DNA from: Takakia lepidozioides | Lineage: Eukaryota; Plantae; Bryophyta | Length of the DNA stretch: 64,000 nt | Reading direction: 5' to 3' | Assembly (NCBI GenBank): GCA_030704615.1 | Contig: CM060734.1 | Span: forward strand, 62,496,001 to 62,560,000 | In this document: piece after piece, positions 9,979 through 21,400 of the stretch | How the letters are laid out: each line of letters starts with the position of its first letter | Position numbering within the stretch: the first letter of the stretch is position 1 | Position numbers and translations under genes: made by a program | The notes under the pieces: model-generated | The model's database searches: none | Seen by the model: only the letters and a program-made list of their open reading frames with translations | Told to the model about the DNA's origin: nothing

Positions 9979-12900
9979 ATGGCACCGTCTTCCTGCGCTC
10001 TCCTGCAAGCGCATGCCCGCTGCCTACGGAAGGCCCTGTCCTCTTGCATCAGTCATGCGAGAGGCCTCGCATCATGCATTGGATTAAAGTGCTGGGATGT
10101 GGAGCTGAAAACGACATCCCCCTTGGCAATGCATATGGTGGCTGTGGCGTCTTCAGGGATGCCATTCAAATTAGGTGATAACACCAAACACTTTGAGGTT
10201 TCCTTATTTGGGGTCGCTATATTGTATGTATGCGCCGTCGGATCCAGGCTCGGAATTGTCTTTTGCGCAATTCAGCATAAACGGATGTACTATGGTGGCG
10301 TGTAGGTCAACGATGGAGCATGGAACAGCGCTGGCAGGAGTTCTTTCAAGATCAATCACAATGGTGGGACAGTAGCCTTGACAAGGTGAGCTTTCTTCAT
10401 TCTGGTATTATCGTACTGTGTGGACTCGATTGTACCGTTGTTGAGTGAAGTCAGAATCTCGCTTCGCTCTGCAAAAACTGCTTTTCCTGTCCGTATCAAG
10501 TTAGTTCTTGAAGTAAGGGAACTTGTCAAAATGTTGATAATATGGGATTTCGGGCACAAAGGTCTACTGTGGAGCATGGAGCAGAGCTGGCACGAATTTT
10601 TTAAAGATCCTTCACAATGGTGGGACAACCGCAATTGCAAGGTGTGGATTTTTTAATATACGACGCGAGGAAGTTTGCCCATCCTGCAAATCTGGGCTCT
10701 TCCTGTTAGTATCATGATTTGGTACTTTCCCTGATGTCTACAAGGTAGTTGGATGGGCCAGCTTGGTCTTAGGAGGCCAAGTTCATATCTATGGTTGCTC
10801 AGCTGCACCGTGGTGGTTCTCCTCACAGACCAATCCAAGATCACCTGACTACAGACACAAGCAGAGCACACACAAGGTCCTTTTGGGTTGATGGGGGGTT
10901 GAATCCTCCATGGTTGAAAGAAAAGCTAGCTACTTTTGTGACACAAGGCCAAGGACAATGTGGTGAGGGCACCTTCTTCTTCAACACATTTCAGCCAATT
11001 TTGCCCTCTTATCAGAGTCGTCTCTAATTTTCCATGTTGAATTCTGCCAGTTAGCTCAGTGGGTTGATCTATGGTGGTTTGGAGTGATTCTCACATGCTC
11101 ATGCACATGTGTCAGCAGGAAAGTATCCAAAAACGGCTAACACAAACGAGGAGAAGCTCTCGAATGAATATCTTCCCAACCCCAGTCAATGGTGGGACAG
11201 TCGACGCGAAAAGGTGAATGCCTGTTAGATTACAGAGAGAAGGAGACAACAATATGCAATGAAAAGCTTCGCTGGAAATGGTCATCCTCTCTCTCCCCAG
11301 CACATTTTTTGAATCCTGGGAGCAATGCAACATAGGAACTAGTGTGTGCTGAGTAGGGTTGGGGTGTTTGCTAGAACAAATCTAGGCTTTCATTGTCAGC
11401 TGCTAGATGCAAGGCGAGGATCTATACATGACCGGTGCAGAGGCTGGGATAGCTGAAGGAGCAGGGATAGAGTGTGGGTCCAGATTTACCCAAGAGGAGT
11501 GGATTTCAAGCACAAGATTACCTATGACTCCCTGTGGATTGATAGCTACAAGAAACCTGCATGGGTAGATGGTCAACTGGAAGCAGCGGCGGCGGCGGCA
11601 CAGTTGAGAAAATCAGGCACCTCAACCATGACCACGGCTTCCAAAAGAGGACCAAGAGAGGAAGTCCACAATGCCTCTTCTGGCACTTCTGGGTATGTGA
11701 GGATGCTCTGTGAGGCAGGCCAACTAAAAGAGGCTCTACACACTTTAAACCAAGGAGGCATTTCAGCAGATTCAGATACATATGTCTGTCTCTTGCATAA
11801 GTGCATCAAGATGAAAGGCCTGGAAGCTGGAAAGCAGGTGCACGCTCACATTATCCAAAGTGGATTCAAGCCAAACGTTTTTTTACACAACACCCTTGTC
11901 AACATGTATGTTAAGTGCGGGAGCATCATGGATGCTCACCAAGTGTTCAGCAGAATGCCTCAACGACGTTTGATCACGTGGAATATAATGATGGCAGGAT
12001 TTACCAAGCATGGGTGTGGTAGGAATGCTTTGGAGACCTATGAGGAAATGATTCGGGAAGGGGTGAAGCCCGACCACATCACGTTCATCTGCGTTTGCAA
12101 TGCGTGTGCGAGGCTGGCAGCCCTGGAAAAGGGCAAAGAGGTCCATGGTGACATCATCAAAGCTGGAATTGTACCAGATGTCGTTCTGAACACTGCCCTG
12201 GTGGACATGTATGCGAAGTGTGGGTGTATTGAGGCTGCAAAGGAAGTGTTCAACAAAATGGCTGAAAGAAATGTGGTGTCATGGAGCGCGATGATCACAG
12301 GATATGCACAGCAGGGGCGCGGGATGGAAGCTTTGGAGACCTATGAGCAAATGGTGTGGGAAGGGGTGAAGCCCAACCACATCACGTTTGTTTGCGTTTG
12401 CAATGCGTGTGCAAGCCTGGCAGCCCTGGAAAAGGGCAAAGAGGTCCATGGTGACATCATCAAAGCCGGGATTGCACCAGATGTCATCCTGAACAGTACC
12501 CTCATTGACATGTATGCCAAATGTGGGTGCATAGACGATGCAAAGAGTGTGTTCAACAATATGGCTGAACGGAATGTGGTGTCGTGGAGTGCGATGATTG
12601 CAGGATATGCACAGCAGGGGCACGGGATCAAGGCTTTGGAGACCTATGACCAAATGGTGCGGGAAGGGGTGAAGCCCAACCACATCACGTTTGTTTGTGT
12701 GTGCAATGCGTGTGCGAGCCTGGCATCCCTGGAAAAGGGCAGAGAGGTCCATGGTGACATCATCAAAGCTGGAATTGTACCAGATGTCATTCTGAACAGT
12801 ACCCTGGTGGACATGTATGCCAAATGTCGGTGCATTGAGGATGCAGAGGGAGTGTTCAACACCATGGCTGAGCGAAATGTGGTGTCGTGGAGTGCAATGA

Positions 12901-14105
12901 TCGCAGGATATGCACAGGAGGGGCGCGTGATGGAGGCTTTGGAGACCTATGAGCAAATGATGCGGGAAGGTGTGAAGCCTGACCACATCACGTTTGTTTT
13001 TGTTTGCAATGCATGTGCAAGCCTGGCAGCCCTGGAAAAGGGCAAAGAAGTCCATGGTGACATTGTCAAAGCTGGAATTATAACAAGTGTCATTCTGAAC
13101 AATACCCTGGTGGACATGTATGCCAAATGTGGGAGCATGGAGGATGCAGAGGAAGTGTTCAACAATATGGCTGAACGAGATGTGGTGTCCTGGAGCTCGA
13201 TGATCGCAGGATATGCACAGCAGGGCCGGGCGCTGGAGGCTTTGGAAACCTATGAGCAAATGATGCGGGAAGGTGTGAAGCCCAACCACATCACCTTTGT
13301 ATGTGTTCTCTCTGCATGCAGCCACGTTGGCCTACTGGATGAAGGAAGACGCTACTTTGATTCCCTGAGTCAAGATCATGGTGTCAGTCCGACAGTGAAG
13401 CACTTTGGCTGCATGGTAGACCTTCTTGGACGTGCAGGGCAATTGGATGAGGCAGAGGACCTCATTAATAAAATGCCAATCAAACCAGATGCTGTGGTGT
13501 GGAAGGCCTTGCTTGGTGCCTGCATATTGCATGGTAATGTGGAGATGGCTGAACGTGCAGCAACATCTATTCTCAAGTGGGATGAACAGGATGATGTGGC
13601 TTATGTGTTGCTATCAAACATCTATGCCGCAGCTGGCAGGTGGGACGATAGTGCAAAGGTGAGACAAATGATGAAGGTTAGAGGAGTTAGAAAGGAGCCA
13701 GGTCGCTGCTGCATCGAGGTTGGCAACAGGGTGCACACCTTTGTTGTAGATGACAAATTGCATCCCAAAATTAAGGAAATCCATGCTGAATTGAGGAGAT
13801 TGTCTGGGCAGATGAAGGAGGCAGGGTATGTGCGTGACACGCGCTTTGTATTGCACAATTTGGGGGAGGAGAAAAAGGAATTTTCTCTTTGCCACCACAG
13901 TGAGAAGCTGGCCATTGGTTTTGGGCTGATCAGCACGGCCCCTAGGACGCCTCTCCGTCTCATCAAGAATCTTCAGGTATGCGGTGACTGCCACACATCC
14001 ACCAAGTTCATCTCAAAGATTGTTGGCCGAGCAATTGTTGTACGGGACGCTAACCGTTTTCACCACTTTGAAGATGGGGTTTGTTCTTGTGGGGATTACT
14101 GGTGA
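9979..14105 (+). CDS. PLS-class PPR-E-DYW protein (17 PPR motifs) with N-terminal transit-like peptide and OSB-type PDF motif exons; paralogue 1
   Basis: Terminal exon 11484-14105: L-S-(P-L-S)x4-P2-L2-S2-E1-E2-DYW with HHSEKLA, CGDCH and C-terminal DYW. Predicted upstream exons: 9979-10174, 10306-10385, 10562-10641, 10803/10829-10962, 11119-11213, all bounded by GT/AG. The upstream exon usage is predicted. Confidence 0.9.
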
Positions 14106-15399
14106 AACTATGTTTTTCTGGAAAGGCTTGTCTTGCTTCATTCATTGATCTGTGTAGCTACTCAGTTCATCCACCATCCTGATAATATTGACGGTGATGT
14201 ACTGTTGAGGGCATATCCACAGGACATGGTAGTGGGTGTACCCAGCATAAGTGGGAAATCAGCCCATAATTGCACTTGACTGGAGCAGGTAATGAGTGAA
14301 TGGGGATTTTGACTGACTCTGGTGATAGTGGAAGGAAATAGAGTGGTGTCCTGATTCTGGTGTGGGTGGTTGAGCCTCTCCAAATGGAAGTGGAAGTGAA
14401 ATACGATTCGCAATGAGCTTGATTGGGGGGCAGCCCTTTGCACAAGTTTGGTCAGATTTTTAAATATAGACGAGACAAAATTCCATATTGAGAGTTTTGA
14501 TGTTTTGACATCATTAGCTATTATCATTAGCGTATTTACATTAATAAAATGTAAATAGATAAAAGGTAAAGATAAACAAACGTCCAGTGAGTTTACAGAG
14601 CCTACTGCGGACATGCCATCCGAAGGCCCAATGGACGGTCTGAAGGCACATGTTGAAAGATTGAACCCCCAATGGTTGGGTGTTTGTGCCTTGCCTGTAA
14701 ATAACCTAGGTGCTACTTGCTCAAGTGCAAAAAAACTTGGACCATTTCTCGATTTGTGAGTGTCATCTTTGCGCAGGGCCATGCTAATCTTCTCTGTATC
14801 GTGACAACCAGCATGTAGCCGAGTGATAATGGGCACATACTAGCCCTTGTGGTGAAGTGACACCATAAGTTACGTTCCTTTCAGGAGGTGTCATATATAT
14901 ATCTGTATATATATATATATATATCTGTATTGATCCAATTTTATCAGATGTAATGTAATAGATGTAATAAATGTAATAGATGTAATAAATGTAATAGATT
15001 TAAATGTGCTTATCATGAATTCAAAGTAATATTTGGAAGTGTTATAACTTTTGCATATGTGAAAAAATGAAATAAATAAATATTAGAGCATATTTGACAA
15101 AAATGATCTTCATAATTCAATTTTCTTTTCCCGGGCAATCCCAATATGCGAATGTACGTTGATGATGTGGCTTACGAAACGTGGCAAAGATGATGTCTTT
15201 TTAATTTTTTTGGGCAAGCCGGGCAGCTTTATGAAAGTGGCGATGATGACGGGTCACTATGGCACCTTATTCATCCCAATTGATCTTCAGTCCAGAAGCC
15301 GTGCAATAACAATATAGCGAACTCAGGGCGGAGCTGACATTGAATGTGGAGCTGGGATAAATCCATAGGCATTCTTAGTCGGGTGCCTGACTCCTCTGC

Positions 15400-16975
15400 T
15401 GCTATGCATTGCGACCCTTGGGGCTCTGAGTTGGGTTTGAGATGGCTGGATGTTGGGCAAGCTCATGAATCCCTTGGGCACCAGATTGGTCATGGCCTTA
15501 GCAATGGCCTTCGCTTTGTTGCGGTGCTCTATAGACTGAAGCGCAAACTCTCTTACTGGAGCTCCTTGCACCTCTCAGCAGTGGGCAGAGCACTGGTGGT
15601 TAACCAGATCTTGCTTGCTTCTACTTGGTAATTCATTGCCTCCGTGTGGTCTCCGGGTTCACCCATCATCAAAAAAGATTAAGTCTCTGGCCAAGAACTT
15701 TATTTGGGGAGCAACCTCCGCCTCTACGAACAAGAGGGCCTGAGTCAGCTGGACGCAGCCCTGTCAAAAAAAGAAATACAAGGGCCTTGGTGTTATGGAC
15801 CCTCAGTCTCATATCACTGCTTTCCTTGCCAAGTGGATCCAAGGGTGTTCACCCATCTGTCCAGTCTTTGGAGCCGGCTCGTCAGGTATCATTTAACCGC
15901 TGCTACTCTTAATTCGAATCCGCTCTGGCCTGCTTCGCTGGCTGTTCACGGGGGTAAGTCTAACTCTAATCCTGGGGTGGGCTCTGAAGCTTGGCAGTCG
16001 ATTTGGGCCGCTTGGTGTAAACTGAGACCCTTCTTACTTCAGACTAAACCAACCTCCTTCGACGAGTACTTGAGGCAACCTCTCTTTGGCAATTATAATA
16101 GAGATTCGGAGGCTCTTATTTGTTGTTCCAAGCGTTGGGCTCACAGCTGGTCTTTCCCATCTCTTACATTTTTGTCTCCCCTTCCCTTGCTGCGGAGAAT
16201 TTCTCCTTAAGAAGAGTATCCCTAGGATGGGACACAGCCTTCCGGATTGCGAGACAGACCTTTTAGCTAATCCTCGTCAGATTGTTTTTCCGCAATGGCT
16301 GGCTTTTTCTCTGGGCCCTGAGCTTAAAGCCATTCATGCTGTCTCTGAAGCTTGTAAATCTTGGTTGGTTCTTATGTCAGCTCTTCCCAAGTGTGGTAAT
16401 AAAAGGAGAGCCCAACTCCTCAATGCCTTCGACAAATCTTGGGGGAAGAATGGTGTGTTCTGCAGGAGAATTACCGACTCAAAAATTGTGTGCACTCTCT
16501 TCCTCTGGCAGCTTTGTTAGTGCTCATCCCTCTCATTTGGACAATGAGGAAGCTGAGGTTAATTGGAGGCATAGGCGGAGTCTTAGGAAGGGGAAGTCCA
16601 AGGGCCAGCTTTCCTTTGATGCTCCTAACAAAAAAAGAGGAAGTTTGTAGTGCTATTCTAGTTTGGCACTGGATGTTCTTTTGTACTCTTGATCTGTAGT
16701 GCCCATGGCCCAGCTTTACTTATAGAGTAAAAGGGCAGTAGGTGGTGCTCTCTATGGTGACACTGGATCTACTTCTGGCCTTTGATCTCTAGCCTCTCCT
16801 TATTCCATTTAACTTCATTCTATTCCTCTTCCTTTTCTTATCATGAACTGTTGGCTCAGAGTGGAACCTCAATCCTCCGTGAATTCACTGGACGTTAAAG
16901 AATCTTTATCTTTATCTTTATCCTCTGCCTTCATGGCTTTGTAAGGTTATTTTTTCTTACCTTTATTGATAAAAT
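15400..16975 (+). mobile_element. Degenerate 5'-truncated L1-clade LINE
   Basis: RKLSYWSSLHLSAVGRALVVNQILLASTW, typical of plant L1 ORF2 downstream of RT. Frameshifted. 3' end shared with 9665-9960. Confidence 0.75.
16878..16919 (+). mobile_element. 42-bp 3'-end retroposon (SINE tail) insertion with 6-bp TSD
   Basis: AATTCACTGGACGTTAAAGAA(TCTTTA)n matches the 3' ends of the SINEs at 49456 and 62306. Flanked by ATCCTC at 16872-16877 and 16920-16925. Absent from the homologous LINE end at about 9915. Confidence 0.8.
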
Positions 16976-17562
16976 TACCAGGGCCTCTGTCCCTGTTCTG
17001 TTATATATATATATGTATGTATATATATATATATAATTTAATTTGATTAGAACGGCTCCACTTCTTTCTAAGTTCTTATTAAAAAAGACCAAATAAATAT
17101 TAATGCTGGTTTATGGCTTAGGTACTTTGCTGACGTACACAAATTGAAATAGATTCACAACCAGCGTTAGCACATTTTTATTTCGCCATAAACACATTAT
17201 TTGGATATCTGAAGAACGTAAAGAACTAGAGGATCTTGGAGAAAGATCTTGGAGAGGATCTAAGGATGAAAAGATAAGGAAATCATCCCATTTCCTTACG
17301 CAGGATAATGCCCCTCGTGTGGGCATTCCCGGATTTTTCGGATTTTCGGGCCTTCCCGCGGGGCTACCGCCCTCGGTGTCAGGCCCTTAAATCCTGGAAT
17401 CTCAAATTTGTCTCATGACAATAGCGTCCCTTATCAACCGGTTAGGCATTTTTGCACCTAATAATTATTAAAAACCTAACAGACTGCTTCGGCACGTTTT
17501 CAAACCATTTCTCACATTAGGCATCTATGGGGGAAATGGGCATAAGTTGGTGTGACCACACT

Positions 17563-17779
17563 ATTTATTGATAACCGGTTCCTTTTTTAAGGCCATGGCC
17601 GGATACCAATAAATAAAAAACCAAACTTGCTCGCCGGTTATCTCAACCCCTAGCCTCCGCCAGATCTATTTATATCCGGTTTTTTTTATTTTTGCACCTC
17701 CTCCAGCTATATATATATATATAACCGGTCTAATAACAGGCGGTTATAACCGGCCAAAGTTCATAACTGCCCAACACTG
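17563..17779. mobile_element. Partial copy (right end) of hAT MITE
   Basis: Near-identical to 26335-26600, including the (TA)n run and terminus AAC-GCCCAACACTG. Confidence 0.8.
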
Positions 17780-18460
17780 GTAATTTCCAAACATTAGGCA
17801 TGTATTAGAGTGGACCCTAAATAATAATGAACAATTGCTTTTGACCTCCCTCAAAACCTATAGTTGAGGTTATTTTCTTTTCAAAAAACATAAAAGCATT
17901 TTTTTGAGCAATTAGGCACTTCCCAGGAATTTTTTTCCAAGTTTTAGGCACATTTTCCAAAAATGTTCTAAATTTAATTAGGCACTTGATTTTGAATTAA
18001 TTATTACCTAATAAGCTAGGTAAGTACGGTAGGTATTACAAATCCATGTGGAGGGGAGAATCGGCCAAGTCCCTTGTCGCACTCACCGCAAGCCGCCTGC
18101 GACCTTCACCGGCGATCCTGAGGAAGAATTTAGTAGGCGCCACCGCAAGAATCATACTAGTTTGCAGAATGTATGATCGAGAAATCACTCGCTCACACGA
18201 TGGCGACGAGATGACACAGAGGTCAGGGAAGTGCAGCGGTAAGGCTGCGAGAGCGGCCCGCCTCTGCTTTTTGTGACGTTTGGGGAAGGGAGGAGATATA
18301 GAGAGAGAGATGATGTGTCCTTGGAAAGGACAGAAGGAAAGAGACGTAAAAAATGTGGCAGCAAATGATGGTTCACAGCTATGCGTGATCCTTGAAGCTG
18401 GATGATCGTGTCCATGTATAGAGGTGCCTGCCGATGCCTCTTTCTTAGTCACAGGCGGAG

Positions 18461-21400
18461 ATGGCAGCGTCTTCACGTGTTCTCCTGCAAGCACATGCCC
18501 GCTGCCGACGCAAGGCCCTGTCCTGTCGCTTCGGTCATGCGGGAGGCCTCGGGTCATGCAACGGATTCAAGGGCTGGGCTGTGGAGCTGAAAGCGACATC
18601 CCCGTTGGCAATGCGCAAAGAACGGAGACGCTTGCAAATGGTGGCTATGGCGCCTTCGGGGATGCCATTCAAATTAGGTCATCACACGAAACACTTTGCG
18701 GTTTCCTTTTTGTGGTCGCTGTATTGTATGTATGCGACGTCGGATCCAGGCTCGGAGTTGTTTGCGCAATTCAGCATAAACGAATGTACTCTGGGCAAAG
18801 AAGCAAGAAAGCGCAGAAGATCGTTAGACAAGGCCGATAATTGGTATATCTCGCGTGTAGGTGAACGCTGGAGCATGGAACAGCGCTGGCAGGAGTTCTT
18901 TCAAGATCCTTCGCATTGGTGGGACAGTAGCCTTGACAAGGTAAACAATCTTCATGTAGGATGAGCAGGAGTGTGAGGGAGTTCCACTGAACCCTGGTAT
19001 GATAATATTGTGTGGACTGGATTGACCCCTAGTTGTCGAGATCTCGCTTTGCTCTGCAAAAACTGCTTTTACTGTAGGATGTTGTTCCTGAGCAGTATGC
19101 ACAGACCACTTGATTTCCAGACTACAGACATAGGTTTGTCTACCATCTGTGTAAGTTTGGACACGTTCATATGTTTCTCATTGTCTGGAGTCCAATGGAG
19201 CCCAATTTGACTTGAATGTTGTTGAAAGCTCCCTAGCTCTCCTCCATTGTTAATGCTGTCGGATATTGGGGCACAAGGTCTACTGTGGAGCATGGAGCAG
19301 AGCTGGCACAAGTTTTTTAAAGATCCTTCACAATGGTTGGACAACCGCAATTGCAAGGTGTGGATTTTTTTTAATGTACGGTGTGAAGAAGTTTGCCCAT
19401 CCTGCAAGTGTGGGCTCTTCCCATCAGTATCATGATTTGGTATTTTCCTTGGTGTCTACAAGGTAGTTGGGTGGGTCAGCTTGGTCTTAGGAGGCCGAGT
19501 TCATGTCTATTGCTGCTCAGCTGCACCGTGGTGGTTCTCCTCACAGACCAATCCGAAATCACCTGACTACAGACACAAGCAGCACACACAAGAGGTCCTT
19601 TTGGGTTGACTGTCGGTTGAATCCTCCATGGTTGAAAGAAAAGCTAGCTGCTTTTGTGACACACGATCAAGAACAATGTGGTGAGGGCACCTTCTTCTTC
19701 AACACATTTCAGCCAATTTTGCCCTCTTATCATAGTCGTCTCTAATATTGCATGTTCAATTCTGCAAGTTAGCTCAGTGGGTGGATCTATGGTGGTTTGG
19801 AGTGATTCTCACATGCTGCTGCACATGTGTCAGCAGGAAAGTATCCAAAAACAGCTAACACAAATGAGCAGAAGCTCTCGAATGAATATTTTTCCAACCC
19901 CAGTCAATGGTGGGACAATCGAGGCAAAAAGGTGAATGCCTGTTAGATTACAGAGAGAAGGAGACAACAAGATGCAATGCAAAGCTTTGGTGGAAATGGT
20001 CATCCGCTCTCTCCCCAGCACATTTTTTAAATCCTGGGAGCAATGCAACATAGGAACTAGTGTGTGCTGAGTTGGGTTGGATTGTTTGCTAGCACAAATC
20101 TAGGCAGTCATTGTCAGCTGCTCGTAGCAAGGCGAGGATCTATACATGACTGGTGCAGAGGCAGGGATAGCTGAAGTAGCAGGGATAGAGCTTGTGTCCA
20201 GATTCACCCAAGAGGACCCGATTTCAAGCACAAGATTACCTATGACTCCCTGTGGATTGATAGCTACAAGAAACCTGCATGGGCAGATGGTCAACTGGAA
20301 GTAGCAGCAGCAGCGGCACAGTTTATAATATCTCGCACCTCAACCATGACCACAGCTTCCAAAAGAGGACCAAGAGAGGGAGTCCACAATGCCTCTGGCA
20401 CTTCTGGGTATGTGAGGATGCTCTGTGAGGCAGGGCGACTAAAAGAGGCTCTACAGACTTTAAATCAAGGAGGCATTTCAGCAGATTCAGATACATATGT
20501 CTGTCTCTTGCATAAGTGCATCAAGATGAAAGGCCTGGAAGCTGGAAAGCAGGTGCACGCACACATTATCCAAAGTGGATTCAAACCAAATGTTTTTTTA
20601 CACAACACCATTGTCAACATGTATGTTAAGTGCGGGAGCATCGTGGATGCTCACCATGTGTTTAACAGAATGCCTCAACGATGTTTGATCACATGGAATA
20701 TAATGATAGCAGGATTTACCAAGCATGGGTGTGGTACGAAAGCCTTGGAGACCTATGAGCAAATGATGCGGGAAGGGATAAAGCCCAACCACATCACGTT
20801 TGTTTGCATTTGCAATGCGTGTGCGATCCTGGCAGCCCTGGAAAAGGGCAAAGAGGTCCATGGTGACATCATCAAAGCTGGAATTGTACCAGATGTCATT
20901 CTGAACACTGCCCTGGTGGACATGTATTGCAAATGTGGCAGCATTGGAGATGCAAAGGGAGTGTTCAACAATATGGCTGATCGAAATGTGGTGTCGTGGA
21001 ATGTGATGATCGCAGGATATGCACAGAAGGGGTGTGGGATGGAGGCCTTGGAGAGCTATGAGCAAATGATGCGGGAAGGGGTGAAGCCCGACCACATCAC
21101 GTTTGGTTGCATTTGCAATACGTGTGCAAGCCTGGGAGCTCTGGAAAAGGGCAAAGAGGTCCATGGTGACATCCTCAAAGCTGGAATTGTACCAGAGGTC
21201 ATTCTGAACAATACGCTCGTGGACATGTATGCCAAATGTGGCTGCATCAAGGATGCAAAGGGAGTGTTCGATAACATGACTGAACGAGATGTGGTGTCAT
21301 GGAGCTCGATGATTGGAGGATATGTACAGCAAGGGCACGGGATGGAGGCCTTGGAGACATATGAGCAAATGATGCGGGAAGGAGTGAAGCCCAACCACAT

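Noticed and set aside
11900-13300. Regular direct repeats as a CRISPR-like array
   Set aside because: They are coding PPR triplets with no unique spacers, in a eukaryotic context.
12279-13325. 348-aa antisense ORF and similar - strand ORFs over both PPR genes
   Set aside because: Shadow of the 303-nt PPR repeat; no independent motif.
14810-14845. Possible Helitron 3' end (…GGGCACATACTAG)
   Set aside because: Hairpin is imperfect, CTAG is not followed by T, and no 5' TC end was identified.
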